NCBI GenBank assembly: GCA_024626585.2
Contig: JANKJI020000004.1
Span: 56,227,511-56,245,988, forward strand
Length of the DNA: 18,478 nucleotides
Reading direction: 5' to 3'
From: Ginkgo biloba
Lineage: Eukaryota > Plantae > Ginkgophyta
Each line of letters begins with the position of its first letter. The first letter of the stretch is position 1. The position numbers and the translations under genes are program-made. Positions 1 through 10,360 of the stretch are shown here, in pieces. Under the pieces are notes generated by a model that did no database searches, was not told where the DNA came from, and saw only the letters and a list, made by a program, of their open reading frames with translations.

Positions 1-111
1 GAAATTAACAGGGGCTTTGCCATCCACAAGTGCTTTCTTAATGAAGAGTTCTTCCATCTCTATAACAATAATACTTGAAAGTATCACATTGTCAATTGGT
101 GGGAGTTTCAT
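1..111 (-). mobile_element. Ty3/gypsy aspartic protease (retropepsin) remnant, running off the window edge
   Basis: Manual minus-strand translation from 111 gives MKLPPIDNVILSSIIVIEMEELFIKKALVDGKAPVNF. The segment IKKALVDGxAxVN resembles the catalytic (A/V)LVDGG(S/A)xVN motif of plant non-chromovirus gypsy proteases. Confidence 0.6.
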
Positions 112-1799
112 GTTTTATACTAGGCATGTGGGTTATTATAGTTTCCCAAAGCTAATAAATTTGAATATTTACTACTATAAATTGCTAAGAATAATTAGGT
201 GGATAGAAGGTATGCAAACAAATAGGTACCCAATCCATTTGTATACCTTAAAAAACATATTTCCTAATTCATGGTAATTATAAATTACAACTAGGTTTAA
301 AATTTGATATCAAGATACATATTGCCCTACATAAAGTTTCATGGTATAAATTGTAAATGTGGAAAAATCAAAATTTTTATAAACTAATAAGGAAATAATT
401 TCCTATCTAAAAACTATTATCATAACATTATTCCATAACCATAACATTTTATTAAAATGCATTAAAAAGAAAATAGTGTATGTATGACACTAGAATGAAT
501 ATCAATAGAATTATTAACTAACGAAACAAAAGTGAAAAAATAAATGTCATCATTAAAATGAATTTGAAAAACCAAATACTAAAACAATAAGAATCTCGTG
601 ATAAGTTTAACAAAAAAAAATGGAGATAGTGAAAAATGAATAATACCATAAGAACAAATTGGAAAAATAAACTCTAAAACAACTACATCCAAAATATCAA
701 TTGGATGTGCTTACCATAGTTTTTGTAAGGCTTCACATATCAATCATAATTATTTGCAAGATATCATGCTAAGATTAATATTAAGCTTCAAACTTCTTGT
801 GATCCAAAAAGATAACAATTGTTCAATAATTTATAATCTAGCTACTGAAAAGTTGATCCCCACATAAATGCAAAGAGTAAGGTGTGTCAAACGAATATAA
901 AGTGAAATAAAGGCTCGATCTCTTAATGGAAGTAGAAAGCATGGTGTGTTGATATAGAGAAAAATGAACAATCACATTCCTAGTTGCATTCATTTTATCT
1001 TGTTGCATGACTAATTAATTTTGTATGGTGTGCTACCTTTGTAATTAAATTACTTAGAAGACATGAATTATCAAACTTGGTATCTGTTCATGGCCCACAA
1101 TATTTCCTTATTTGGCCCAATATGCCATGTACCATGTTATGATGATGAAATCGACCATCATGAGTGATATATCACTTAAGATGTGAGGATGGACCACTTG
1201 TAATAATGGGCATTTGGATTTACAATGGGTATGCTTTCTTAACAACTAAGCAAAGGAGATAATTCATGAAACTACATCACTCTTGTAAACTATTATTGGA
1301 CAAGAGAGATTACATGCATGCTGGCATTGGTTTTATGAGGGACATGTTGTGGGTTGGACAACCTCTCCCATCTAATCAAAGGTATACTTTTTTCAATCTA
1401 TAAATATTAAAAAATAAAGTATAAAGGACAATATTTATATTTATGAATATGATAAAGCATTAAATGTCAAATTAAGTAAATAAATTATTTATTCAATTAT
1501 TGTGAACACATTTCCATAATAAAATTTAAAAAGATTAAAATTACAAAGAGATGGTAATACGAAAAAAATGAAAAATTATGAACATGACCTTAATATGGTC
1601 ATTTGTTATTGGTGGAAATTATGTAATTTATTTCAAATTTTTTAACATAAATGAATTTAGCATTATATAAGTAAAGTTGNNNNNNNNNNNNNNNNNNNNN
1701 NNNNNNNNNNNNNNNNNNNNNNNNNNNNNNNNNNNNNNNNNNNNNNNNNNNNNNNNNNNNNNNNNNNNNNNNNNNNNNNCTGGGAGAGGTTAGCTAGAA

Positions 1800-2080
1800 T
1801 GATCTTCAATTCTTTATAAAAGTCCCACTGGTGTTCAAATGGGATAGCTCGTACATCATATGGATACATGGTAAAGACACTGATTGGAGCACTTCCCTCA
1901 GTTTGGACAGTTCCTCCCTAACAATCAACAAGGCTTCCTCAAGTGCCAACAGTGTGTTGGTAGTGTTATCTAAAATTTCTTTAGCAAGACAATGCAGGTT
2001 GCATTTACCTCTATACAAGGACGATCCCCTCCTCTCTATCTGGGCCTTCTCTTGCCCTGTAATGGGTTTACGAACTTTTG
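1800..2080 (-). pseudogene. Probable degenerate RNase H (RVT_3-like) domain at the C-terminus of LINE ORF2
   Basis: Lies downstream of zf-RVT. GGIV followed by NTTNTLLALEEALLIV resembles GGxxR...TNNxAExxALxxGL. The first motif (FDGA) is barely recognisable. Confidence 0.5.
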
Positions 2081-2378
2081 ATTAGTTGGCCATTAGATCA
2101 CTTGGACACAAATCCTATAAGTGCTAGAACCCTTGAATGAATGAAGTCTAGAGATCTACCTTTCCAAGTTGGAGGATTGGTTGTCAAAGATAATGCAGTT
2201 ACGATGTAACCAAATATTCTAGTCGATGAAGAGTGGAGTTATCTTCCAAATTTCTAACACAAGCCCATCCCTTAGAAGATTAGAGGGAAAGAGCTGCAAC
2301 TAGGAGTTAAGGAGGCTTGTCCAAATCCCAGAGTTTCTCCAGGTACTTAGGTTTATCTTCATAAAGCCTAAGAACTCT

Positions 2379-2578
2379 CTCCACAACATGTATTAGGAGT
2401 AGTGGAGAAAGAGGTGGGGGATACTTTCATTGTCTTTAAGGCATACAACACAACGATTTGGTTCGTGGAAGCCTCTCTTTGCAAGATTGTCCAAAGTTAG
2501 GATTTTTCCCTTTCTTAAGAGCCAATTAAAACATGAGATTTTCGACCAACTAAGAGGGTTCTAGATTAGTTTCCACAC
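2379..2578 (-). pseudogene. LINE ORF2 zf-RVT zinc-binding domain
   Basis: Translation VWKLI*NPLSWSKISCFNWLLRKGKILTLDNLAKRGFHEPNRCVVCLKDNESIPHLFLHYS*YMLW matches the plant zf-RVT pattern (KIxxFxWL...ILTxDNLxKRG...CxxC...ExxxHLFxxC). Confidence 0.93.
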
Positions 2579-3623
2579 CTGTGGTGAGGTTGGTCCTTAC
2601 TTAGTGGAGGCAAAGATGTCATAACCTAGGCTGACCCTATAAACTCCTTTCTTGTTAAGGGCCTATTTCAATTGTTCCAACTTGTTCTTAACATTGAGCT
2701 TTCGAAGGCTTAGGATTGCTTCTAATTGCATTGATTCACTTCTAAGTTGTTCAACTAAAGGCCACATGGATGAAGGTTTCTAGGCAAAGCTTGTCTCATT
2801 GTGGTCTTGAAGGTGATCTTGCACTTTATGCCAACTTGCCCCTGTAAGTCTTCTCGTCTTTGGAGAGACTCTTTACCATTCCAGGAATCCTCCCAAATTT
2901 TGCTTTTTGCCCCATTGTAGACCTTCCACATCAAGCCCTTATCTATTAGAGATTTTACCTTGGCAACATTTTACCAAATATCCAAGCTTGAAAGACCAAG
3001 ATTTTTTCTTGGTACCTCCTCTTGAGTGCAATTACTGTAGTACTTAAATAGGAGGACTTGCTTCCATAGGGTGAGAGGTGTTGTGATAATTTACTAATAG
3101 ATCTTTGCCCCCATAGTAGAGTTTACTTGGGGGAGCCTTCAAATTCCCAACCCTCCTTTGGGGAGAGGTGAATAAACTTCCATTGAATTAACTAGAATAA
3201 TTTTCTTCTCTAACTTCAAACCCTTCCAAAGAAAGTCCCTAATCCTCTTTTCCATTTGCCTGAGGATTTCCTTTGAGGATGAAAGAATTGAATAGGTAAA
3301 AGTAGGAATGGAGGAGAGGACTGATTTGATGAGTTGGACCCTCCCTACAAGAGAATCCTACTTACAACCCCAACTTTTGATTCTCTGACTAAGTTTGTTA
3401 AGGATCCCTAACTAATTAACAATCTTCAATTTACTTGGGAAGATCAAGATTCCCAAATACTTCAAATGCAATGTTACGTTTTTTAAAACTAAGTGTTATG
3501 ATGAGTTTATGATGATCCCTTGGAGATCCATTTACCATAAAATCTATGATTGATTTTTGTTAATGGAACCTCCCAAGGCCTTAAGGAATATATCTATCTC
3601 TTTTTATATAATTTTGTCTTCCC

Positions 3624-4016
3624 TCAAATTAACCCATTCAAGGTGACCAAATTATCTACAAACTGGAGATGAGAGATGCTTCTCACTCCAAGCATAATGA
3701 GAATATATTTGATAGAACCCCTAGACTTTAGAAGGTTTAAAGATCTGTGCAGAGATTCTACTACTAGTATGTAAAGACTTAGAGAGAGGGGGCAACCTTG
3801 CCTAAAACCCCTAGAAGCTTTAAAGAATTCTAATGGGGAGCCATTCACCAAGACTAAAAAGGAGACATTGGAGACACACCCTTGAACCCACTGCACCCAT
3901 TGGTGGTCCAAGCCAAACTTTAGGATCACTTTGAATGTGAGGTTCCATTTTACCTTGTCAAAAGATTTTTCCATGCCCATCTTGATTACTGTTGTTGACT
4001 CTTTCCTCAATTTCAT
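3624..4016 (-). pseudogene. LINE reverse transcriptase core fragment
   Basis: The ORF carries KMGMEKSFDKVKW (KLDMxKAFDRVxW), LVNGSP, SRGFRQGCPLS and SHLQFVDN (HLQFADD), all diagnostic of non-LTR RT. The catalytic motif is mutated. Confidence 0.96.
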
Positions 4017-5673
4017 AGAGTGGGCTGCCTCTTGAATAAGAAGGACATTGTCGACTCTTTTCTTTTCTTGAGATGAAGCCTTCTTGTTCTTTAGAGATTA
4101 GGGTGGATACGATGGATTTTAGTCTATTGGCTAGGATCTAAGAATAATGATCTTATAACAAGTGTTGACAGAGAAATTGGTCTGAACTTGTTTAGTGAGT
4201 TTGAGTACCTCTCTTTTTGGATTAGATGAAGGTGGAGTTCCAAGAGCCTAACATCATTGTTGATTTTCTTGATTCATCTGCTACTGACCAAAGGTCCTTC
4301 TTGATGATGCCCCATGCATCTTGGAAGAATTTTATTGAAAATCTATCAAGGCCTGGGGCCATTTTTTTTAACCAAAAGGATAGGTCTTAGAAACCTCTCA
4401 TTTTGTCCTTGATTACAAGTTGTAGGATATTTGACAACATTTGATCCTACTCCTGGTCTCTCTTTTTAGTGGGTTCTGAGAGAAGGATGGTGAAGTAGCT
4501 CTGGGTTAGAGATTGAATATTCTCCTAACCTCCAACCTCTACGTTATTGGTATCCTTTAGTTTGGAGATAAATTTTGAGTTTCTTCTAGCCGTAGTCATC
4601 TTATGGAAGAAGGAGGTATTCCCCTCCCCTTGTTTCATCCATGTGACTTTGGATTTCTTCTTCCAATGAAGCTCCTCTCGCTAGAGGAGAGCATCTAATT
4701 CTACTTGAATTTTGGCCTCTTCTTCGAAGAGATACCTTCTTGGAGTATTCATGAGTTCCTAAACCTTAGATAATCTTACCTCTAGCTTTGCCTTATTTGT
4801 ATTCAAATCTCCAAAGATTTCTTTGTTTTAAACCTTCATATTTTGTTTCACTTTCTTTAAATCCTGCATAAACTTAAACATTTTTGTTCCCTTCACTCGA
4901 ATCCCTTCTTTCCACCACTCTTACAAGTTTTCCTTATAGNNNNNNNNNNNNNNNNNNNNNNNNNNNNNNNNNNNNNNNNNNNNNNNNNNNNNNNNNNNNN
5001 NNNNNNNNNNNNNNNNNNNNNNNNNNNNNNNNNNNNNNNNNNNNNNNNNNNNNNNNCTTCCACTAGTGTGTTCATACTTAAGAGGGCGTCATTGAAGAAA
5101 AAATGATCTAGCCTCTTTACCACATAATTCCTTCCAACTATCCTATTATTCCATGTGAATAGGCCTTTCATTGGGAAGGAATCAACCAACCTGAATTCTA
5201 GAAAGAAATCTTGCATCAATTTTCTGCTTCTAGGGTCTACTTACAACCCTCCTTTTTTTTTTCCCAATTATAGAGAGTGGTTTTGAAGTTCCCCCCAATG
5301 ATCCAAAGCATGTAACTGTGCAGATTTTTGTTCACTCTCAACATCTCCCACCAGAGTCGCTTCTGAGAAAATATGGTTGGACTGCAAACATTTGTGAGCA
5401 TTCCCTTGAAGTCTCTTGAGTCTTGGATGGATATCCAATTTAGGTTTGTCCATGACTATATAATGTTGATTTTCCTAGGGTCCTATAAAACTGTTAAGTC
5501 TCCTGAGGGTCCTCTTGCCTCTAACTAAATAGGCAACTCTCTAAAAATTTTGAGATGGCATTTTAGTTTCTTAAAGAAAAATAACTATTGATTGAGTTTC
5601 TCAATTTTATATTTGAGGGATCTTTGTTTGGATTCCAAGCCCAGATCCCTTAAGTTCTAAGATGAAAGCTTCA

Positions 5674-5890
5674 TTAGGAGGGGTGATGGGGTTTACTTAC
5701 CTTGAAGCTCAGTTGGGATTATTTTCCTTCTGTAAGAAGCTCCTTTATAGCTTGCTCCAACTCCTACTTCTTGTTTGGTATTCCTCTTTGTTTTTGTCCT
5801 ACATTTGGTTTCTTTTTGGAGTGGGATGTCTTCCCAAGTCCCCTTTGGGGAGAGACTAGGGGAAAGATATCTGAGGAGATATCATATTAA
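5674..5890 (-). pseudogene. C-terminal tail of LINE ORF1, ending in a TAA that overlaps the ORF2 ATG (TAATG)
   Basis: The frame reads KKPNVGQKQRGIPNKK*ELEQAIKELLTEGK*SQLSFKVSKPHHPS* with TAA at 5676-5674 and the ORF2 ATG at 5674-5672. Confidence 0.65.
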
Positions 5891-7909
5891 TGAGGGGTTA
5901 GTCGGTCGAACACAACTTTTAAGTGTATGGTATAGTATATAGATATAGATAATATGAGTCCTTACCTATGGCAAATAATTTCCACTTGTCAAATATTGAA
6001 AGCATTTAATGTATTTACTATCGATATTTAAATATGATTAATTAATTTTCATTTCCATTTATTATTATAAGTTATTCTTCCATAGTAGAAGCAAGATTGG
6101 TTGGTTGGACAACATTTGTTTTTTGGTTGAAATGATGCTATTATGTTACAAAAAAAATATAGAGATGAGTTATACAGAGTTTAGAGAGGGTCTTCAAAAA
6201 ATAAAATTGACGGTCTATATAATACAAAATTTTCATTGTCAAAGAAAATCAAATGGGACACACCATATGTATAATAAATCATCGTTATCCACCCAAGATT
6301 TAAAAAGGTACTAACCAATAGTATGCATAAGAAGAAGCCCATGTAATTGTCAATCATCAACAATATTAATTAGACCCTCTTATGTAGGAGGTTAGTTAAG
6401 GACCAATCGAGAGCATTGAGCTAACCTATGGGAGTCTACCTCCTTAGATGGCAACCTTCTATATTTGTCTAGTTGTTGAATGAGATCCTGGGCACCTTGA
6501 TTATTGGTTGATTTGTACTCCTACATTGGTAGTTGAACAAAAAAAATCTTGTCTGGAACTCAAGACACTAGTTGTCCCTAATGTTGATGTTGCCTTACAT
6601 GTAGAATTGGCTGAAAGTTTTGTTGAGCAAGGTGACCATTGAGTGTATTGCTCTAATATTAATTCATGTAAATTTTGGGAATAGATTCCAATGTAGAATC
6701 CTCAAGGATGTAGAAGAAAATAAGTAATATGGGATTACTTGAAGAATTTCATTATTGGAATCTATCTTAATTGCTTAAAAGTATGCTACTATCCTAGGTG
6801 ANNNNNNNNNNNNNNNNNNNNNNNNNNNNNNNNTAAAATTCTACTTCAAAACTCAAAAATTACTTTCAATGAAAAAGGCATATTGTTTTAAAAAAATCTG
6901 CAATCTTTCCTAAACACGCCACAACTTTCCTTCATTCACTATAGGTTTACCTGAGCTATGTGTTGTGGATTTATCCTAGTGCTATAAGTTTTCCTGAAGA
7001 CCTAAAATTTGACTTTCCTCTAGTTCACACATGTAGAAATTTGGACATGGTTTGAGGTTAGAAAAACTAATAATGACTTCTTTAACCTATAATAACACAA
7101 GTAATACTTCCAATAGCTATAGTCTCTAAGAAACNNNNNNNNNNNNNNNNNNNNNNNNNNNNNNNNNNNNNNNNNNNNNNNNNNNNNNNNNNNNNNNNNN
7201 NNNNNNNNNNNNNNNNNNNNNNNNNNNNNNNNNNTGGGGTAGACACAAAGTTTTAAAATCAATAAGGCTCATCACTTTTGAATTGAATTCCTCACCTTTT
7301 GTACAAACTTATGAAGTTTCATCAATTTTCAAGTGTCAAAATTAAAATATTTATTTTTTAAATAAATAGAGGTTTTCTATAGTAGATAATTACCATCCAT
7401 CGAATTTTAAATGTGTTTGATGGATAATGCCATTTACTAAATCTTAAATCTATNNNNNNNNNNNNNNNNNNNNNNNNNNNNNNNNNNNNNNNNNNNNNNN
7501 NNNNNNNNNNNNNNNNNNNNNNNNNNNNNNNNNNNNNNNNNAGTCTTTATCTATGATGAATAATTACCAATGCCATACATAGAGATGATTTGATTATGAT
7601 TTGACTAATTTCAACTTACAAGAATATGTTTAACTATGATTTGAATAAGTTCCAACATTTATTATAAGGTATTATATATTCTTTCATATTTTTATTATTA
7701 TTAAATTTTATATTGTGAAAGGAGGGTGGTTGGTCAGATAGTAGTTTTTTAGTATATAGTAAATTAATAGATAATAGATGTCCCAACTTTTCTAACAAAA
7801 ATGCATTTCACATTGTAGAAGGAAAATTGAACATATATATAAGCATCCATGCATGGATGATGTGTCTAATATAAATAATAACTTTTCTTTTCTATTCCAC
7901 AATTATATA

Positions 7910-8450
7910 TTATATGCCTTGTCCTCTTAGGTAGGCTGAGTGGTGAAGGGCAATCAATTTCACCATATTGACATATTAGTCTACTAGTAATGTAGTTGAT
8001 AACATAATATAATTAAAATAAGTCAAATTTCTAAAAAATACATGTATTATTAGCCTTGGCATGGTAATATGCATTTCTATTCCTAATCAACAATATAGAT
8101 AGATGCTTCAGTGTATGGTGCAATATCATCAACGCGTACAAACGAAGGGCAAGTGTTATATACCTTATACTCTAGGGTAGGTCAAGTGGTGAAGGGCAAT
8201 CACTTTCACCATATTAACAAATCTTCAAATCTTACAAAAGGCATGTTAGGCTATTAGCAATGTAGCCGATAACACAATATAATTAAAATAAGTGAAATTT
8301 CCAAAAAATAAATGGATCTTTGGCATTGGAGTGGTAATGTGCATTTCTATCCCTAATCAACCATGTAAATAGATGCTTCATTGTATGGTGCAATCTAGCT
8401 AACACTAACAAGTGAGAGCAAAAGGGTTTATATTATTATTATTATTATTA
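7910..8450 (+). repeat. Diverged tandem duplication (units ~7910-8155 and ~8156-8430) with a tRNA-Glu-like head and (TAT)n tail; candidate SINE dimer
   Basis: Shared blocks such as agtggtgaagggcaatca, aatataattaaaataagt, gcatttctat and atagatgcttca recur at an offset of 246, then 270 (24-bp indel). Copy 2 has A-box-like TAGGTCAAGTGG (8178-8189), CTTTCAC (8203-8209) and B-box-like TTCAAATC (8224-8231). (TAT)6 follows at 8431-8450. The duplication is certain; the SINE call is inference. Confidence 0.85.
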
Positions 8451-9187
8451 ATATATATGTGTACATTCTATATAAATAGTTGTCGATAATGAACGATGGA
8501 AATAGAATAAAGGACATAAATTTCAAGCTAATGGCCGAATATTTCCAATGCANNNNNNNNNNNNNNNNNNNNNNNNNNNNNNNNNNNNNNNNNNNNNNNN
8601 NNNNNNNNNNNNNNNNNNNNNNNNNNNNNNNNNNNNNNNNNNNNNNNNNNNNNNNNNNNNNNNNNNNNNNNNNNNNNNNNNNNNNNNNNNNNNNNNNNNN
8701 NNNNNNNNNNNNNNNNNNNNNNNNNNNNNNNNNNNNNNNNNNNNNNNNNNNNNNNNNNNNNNNNNNNNNNNNNNNNNNNNNNNNNNNNNNNNNNNNNNNN
8801 NNNNNNNNNNNNNNNNNNNNNNNNNNNNNNNNNNNNNNNNNNNNNNNNNNNNNNNNNNNNNNNNNNNNNNNNNNNNNNNNNNNNNNNNNNNNNNNNNNNN
8901 NNNNNNNNNNNNNNNNNNNNNNNNNNNNNNNNNNNNNNNNNNNNNNNNNNNNNNNNNNNNNNNNNNNNNNNNNNNNNNNNNNNNNNNNNNNNNNNNNNNN
9001 NNNNNNNNNNNNNNNNNNNNNNNNNNNNNNNNNNNNNNNNNNNNNNNNNNNNNNNNNNNNNNNNNNNNNNNNNNNNNNNNNNNNNNNNNNNNNNNNNNNN
9101 NNNNNNNNNNNNNNNNNNNNNNNNNNNNNNNNNNNNNNNNNNNNNNNNNNNNNNNNNNNNNNATTAAATTTTTTAATAATTATACAT

Positions 9188-9630
9188 TAAGGCATAGATA
9201 CCCAAAGAATAAGTAGAAGACTTCTATGTCAATAAGACAAGGTTAAAGTTCAAAGTATAAGTCTTAAACCATAAAGTACTGACATTATAATACCTAATTG
9301 AACTTATTAGACACACTAAAATATAGGACCCATCCATCAAAAAGTGTTATATAGTGCCTAAAAAATGGCAAGGATATATCAAGTGCTCTATAGATAATAT
9401 GTAAAGGAGATTNNNNNNNNNNNNNNNNNNNNNNAGATGAAGGTACCAAATAAATAGTAAAATAAAGGAAAAACAAAGAGGAATGAAGGTGTAAAAACAA
9501 TTTTTATATTTATGAAAAACTATGGTTAAGAGATCATGAAAACATTTCTAAACAAATATCAAAATAATTGTACTCTATGAAAGTAGAGGAAGAAAAATAA
9601 GAGATACACTGTGATGATGATCAACAATTA
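9188..9630 (+). mobile_element. Highly degenerate Ty3/gypsy gag-like remnant
   Basis: KE*VEDFY near 9205-9227 resembles the gag ESVEDF motif. EE*RCKNNFYIYEKLWLRDH...*LYSMKVEEE (9478-9594) resembles the chromovirus gag end EELRRKxLCFxCxEPWxxGHxC...IEVxE. Similarity is weak and the region is interrupted by a 22-N gap. Confidence 0.4.
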
Positions 9631-9828
9631 GAACACCACAAAGATGAAAAACAGAAAGACAATAAATGGTCTGATGAGGGAATCTTTAGCAGCTTTAACA
9701 CTCGCATTGCTTTGCCTCCTCACTGCAACAGTGAGGAAATAAGGGCAGAATTGAAGGATGGAGTTTTGTATGTGAATATTCCCAAGGTCAAAGTGGAGCC
9801 AAAGGTGATAGACATTGATGTGAAGTAA
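9631..9828 (+). pseudogene. C-terminal half of a small heat-shock protein (alpha-crystallin domain), most like plastid-class HSP21; 5' part absent
   Basis: An ATG-less open frame encodes EHHKDEKQKDNKWSDEGIFSSFNTRIALPPHCNSEEIRAELKDGVLYVNIPKVKVEPKVIDIDVK*. It has the sHSP signature LP...IxAELKxGVLxVxIPK and a C-terminal IxI/V motif, and the ending KVExKVID is typical of chloroplast sHSPs. An in-frame stop lies upstream at 9598-9600. Confidence 0.9.
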
Positions 9829-9960
9829 TTCAGCCAAAAGTCTATGAGTTTTCATCTTTATCTAATGTTTCTAGTCTATTAGGTTTCATCTTTATCTAAT
9901 AATGTTAAGCTTAAAGTGTAAGGTAATGGGTATCTTGTCAATTAATAAACAAAGTTTTCT
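9829..9960 (+). promoter_or_regulatory. Probable sHSP 3' UTR with polyadenylation signal
   Basis: T-rich sequence directly after the stop codon, with AATAAA at 9944-9949 and an internal 28-bp direct repeat (9839-9866 / 9873-9900). Confidence 0.55.
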
Positions 9961-10163
9961 TGTCTCCATTTAGGATGAATTTTGTTTCTATGTGGACTTT
10001 TGCAATTCAAAGTTATTTTCAACCCTCTCAAAAGTCTCATTTGGCATTGAAAAATAAATGTAGTCCAATGGACTTATGGTGCACGAATGGAGCTTGTTAA
10101 AGTTGGTTCCATAAACAAGAGGAACGAGTCCCTTCCCGCTATGATATGACGTTTAAACACATT

Positions 10164-10360
10164 AATCAAGAAAGAGATTAGTAATGCCAGGTGATTAGTG
10201 ATAATACCATTGAAATCAAGAAAGAGATTAGTTATGTCGCATGATTAGTGATATTGGCATTGAGATAGGCCATGCAAGTTACATAGGTGATTAGTGATAA
10301 TGCCATTGAAATGAAGAAAGAGATTAGTAATGTCGCATGATTAGTGATAATGCCATTGAG
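10164..10360. repeat. Minisatellite with nested 50-bp and 96-bp periodicity, running into a 692-N gap
   Basis: aaagagattagt occurs at 10171, 10221 and 10317. tgattagtgata.t..cattga occurs four times. The GATTAGT core occurs seven times. Confidence 0.9.

Larger units (their letters stand above)
1780..5890 (-). mobile_element. Degenerate plant L1-clade LINE retrotransposon (5'-truncated within ORF1; 3' end lost in N-gap)
   Basis: Collinear minus-strand motifs: ORF1 tail; EN start MKLSS*NLRDLG...ETK; WIIGGNF; FTWNNR...KRLDHF; RT; KYLG...SLVGRVQLIKSVLSSIP...DFLWKG; zf-RVT; RNase H-like end. Many stops and frameshifts. The 5' boundary is approximate. Confidence 0.95.

Noticed and set aside
1163-1176. 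Perfect 14-bp palindrome AGTGATATATCACT (also an 8-bp stem at 685-708)
   Set aside because: Expected by chance in this much AT-rich sequence, with no supporting context.
1200-1385. Coding-looking stretch (e.g. IGQERLHACWHWFYEGHVVGW), and similarly 6360-6800
   Set aside because: The frames are short and interrupted by stops, and match no family I recognise. A BLASTX/HMM search would be needed.
7941-7987. Hairpin TGGTGAA...TTCACCA followed by CTAG as a Helitron 3' end
   Set aside because: The hairpin-to-CTAG distance is long (18 nt), the CTAG is not kept at that position in copy 2, and the tRNA-like reading explains the region better.
8469-8552. TATA box (TATATAAATA) and HSE-like GAATATTTCC as the sHSP promoter
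   Set aside because: The GAA/TTC spacing is wrong for an HSE, it lies downstream of the TATA, and such motifs are common in AT-rich DNA.
9628-9855. 75-aa minus-strand ORF
   Set aside because: It is the antisense shadow of the plus-strand sHSP frame and has no recognisable motif.
9631-10020. sHSP fragment as a LINE-made processed retrocopy
   Set aside because: No poly(A) tract follows AATAAA and no target-site duplication is visible. It is not excluded but is unsupported.
10061-10115. A-box-like TAGTCCAATGG with GGTTCCA at tRNA-like spacing
   Set aside because: The B box is poor and there is no anticodon-loop, stem or second-copy support, so chance cannot be excluded.
10164-10360. CRISPR-like appearance of recurring short repeats
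   Set aside because: The intervening sequences are themselves repeated rather than unique spacers, there are no cas genes, and the context is eukaryotic.
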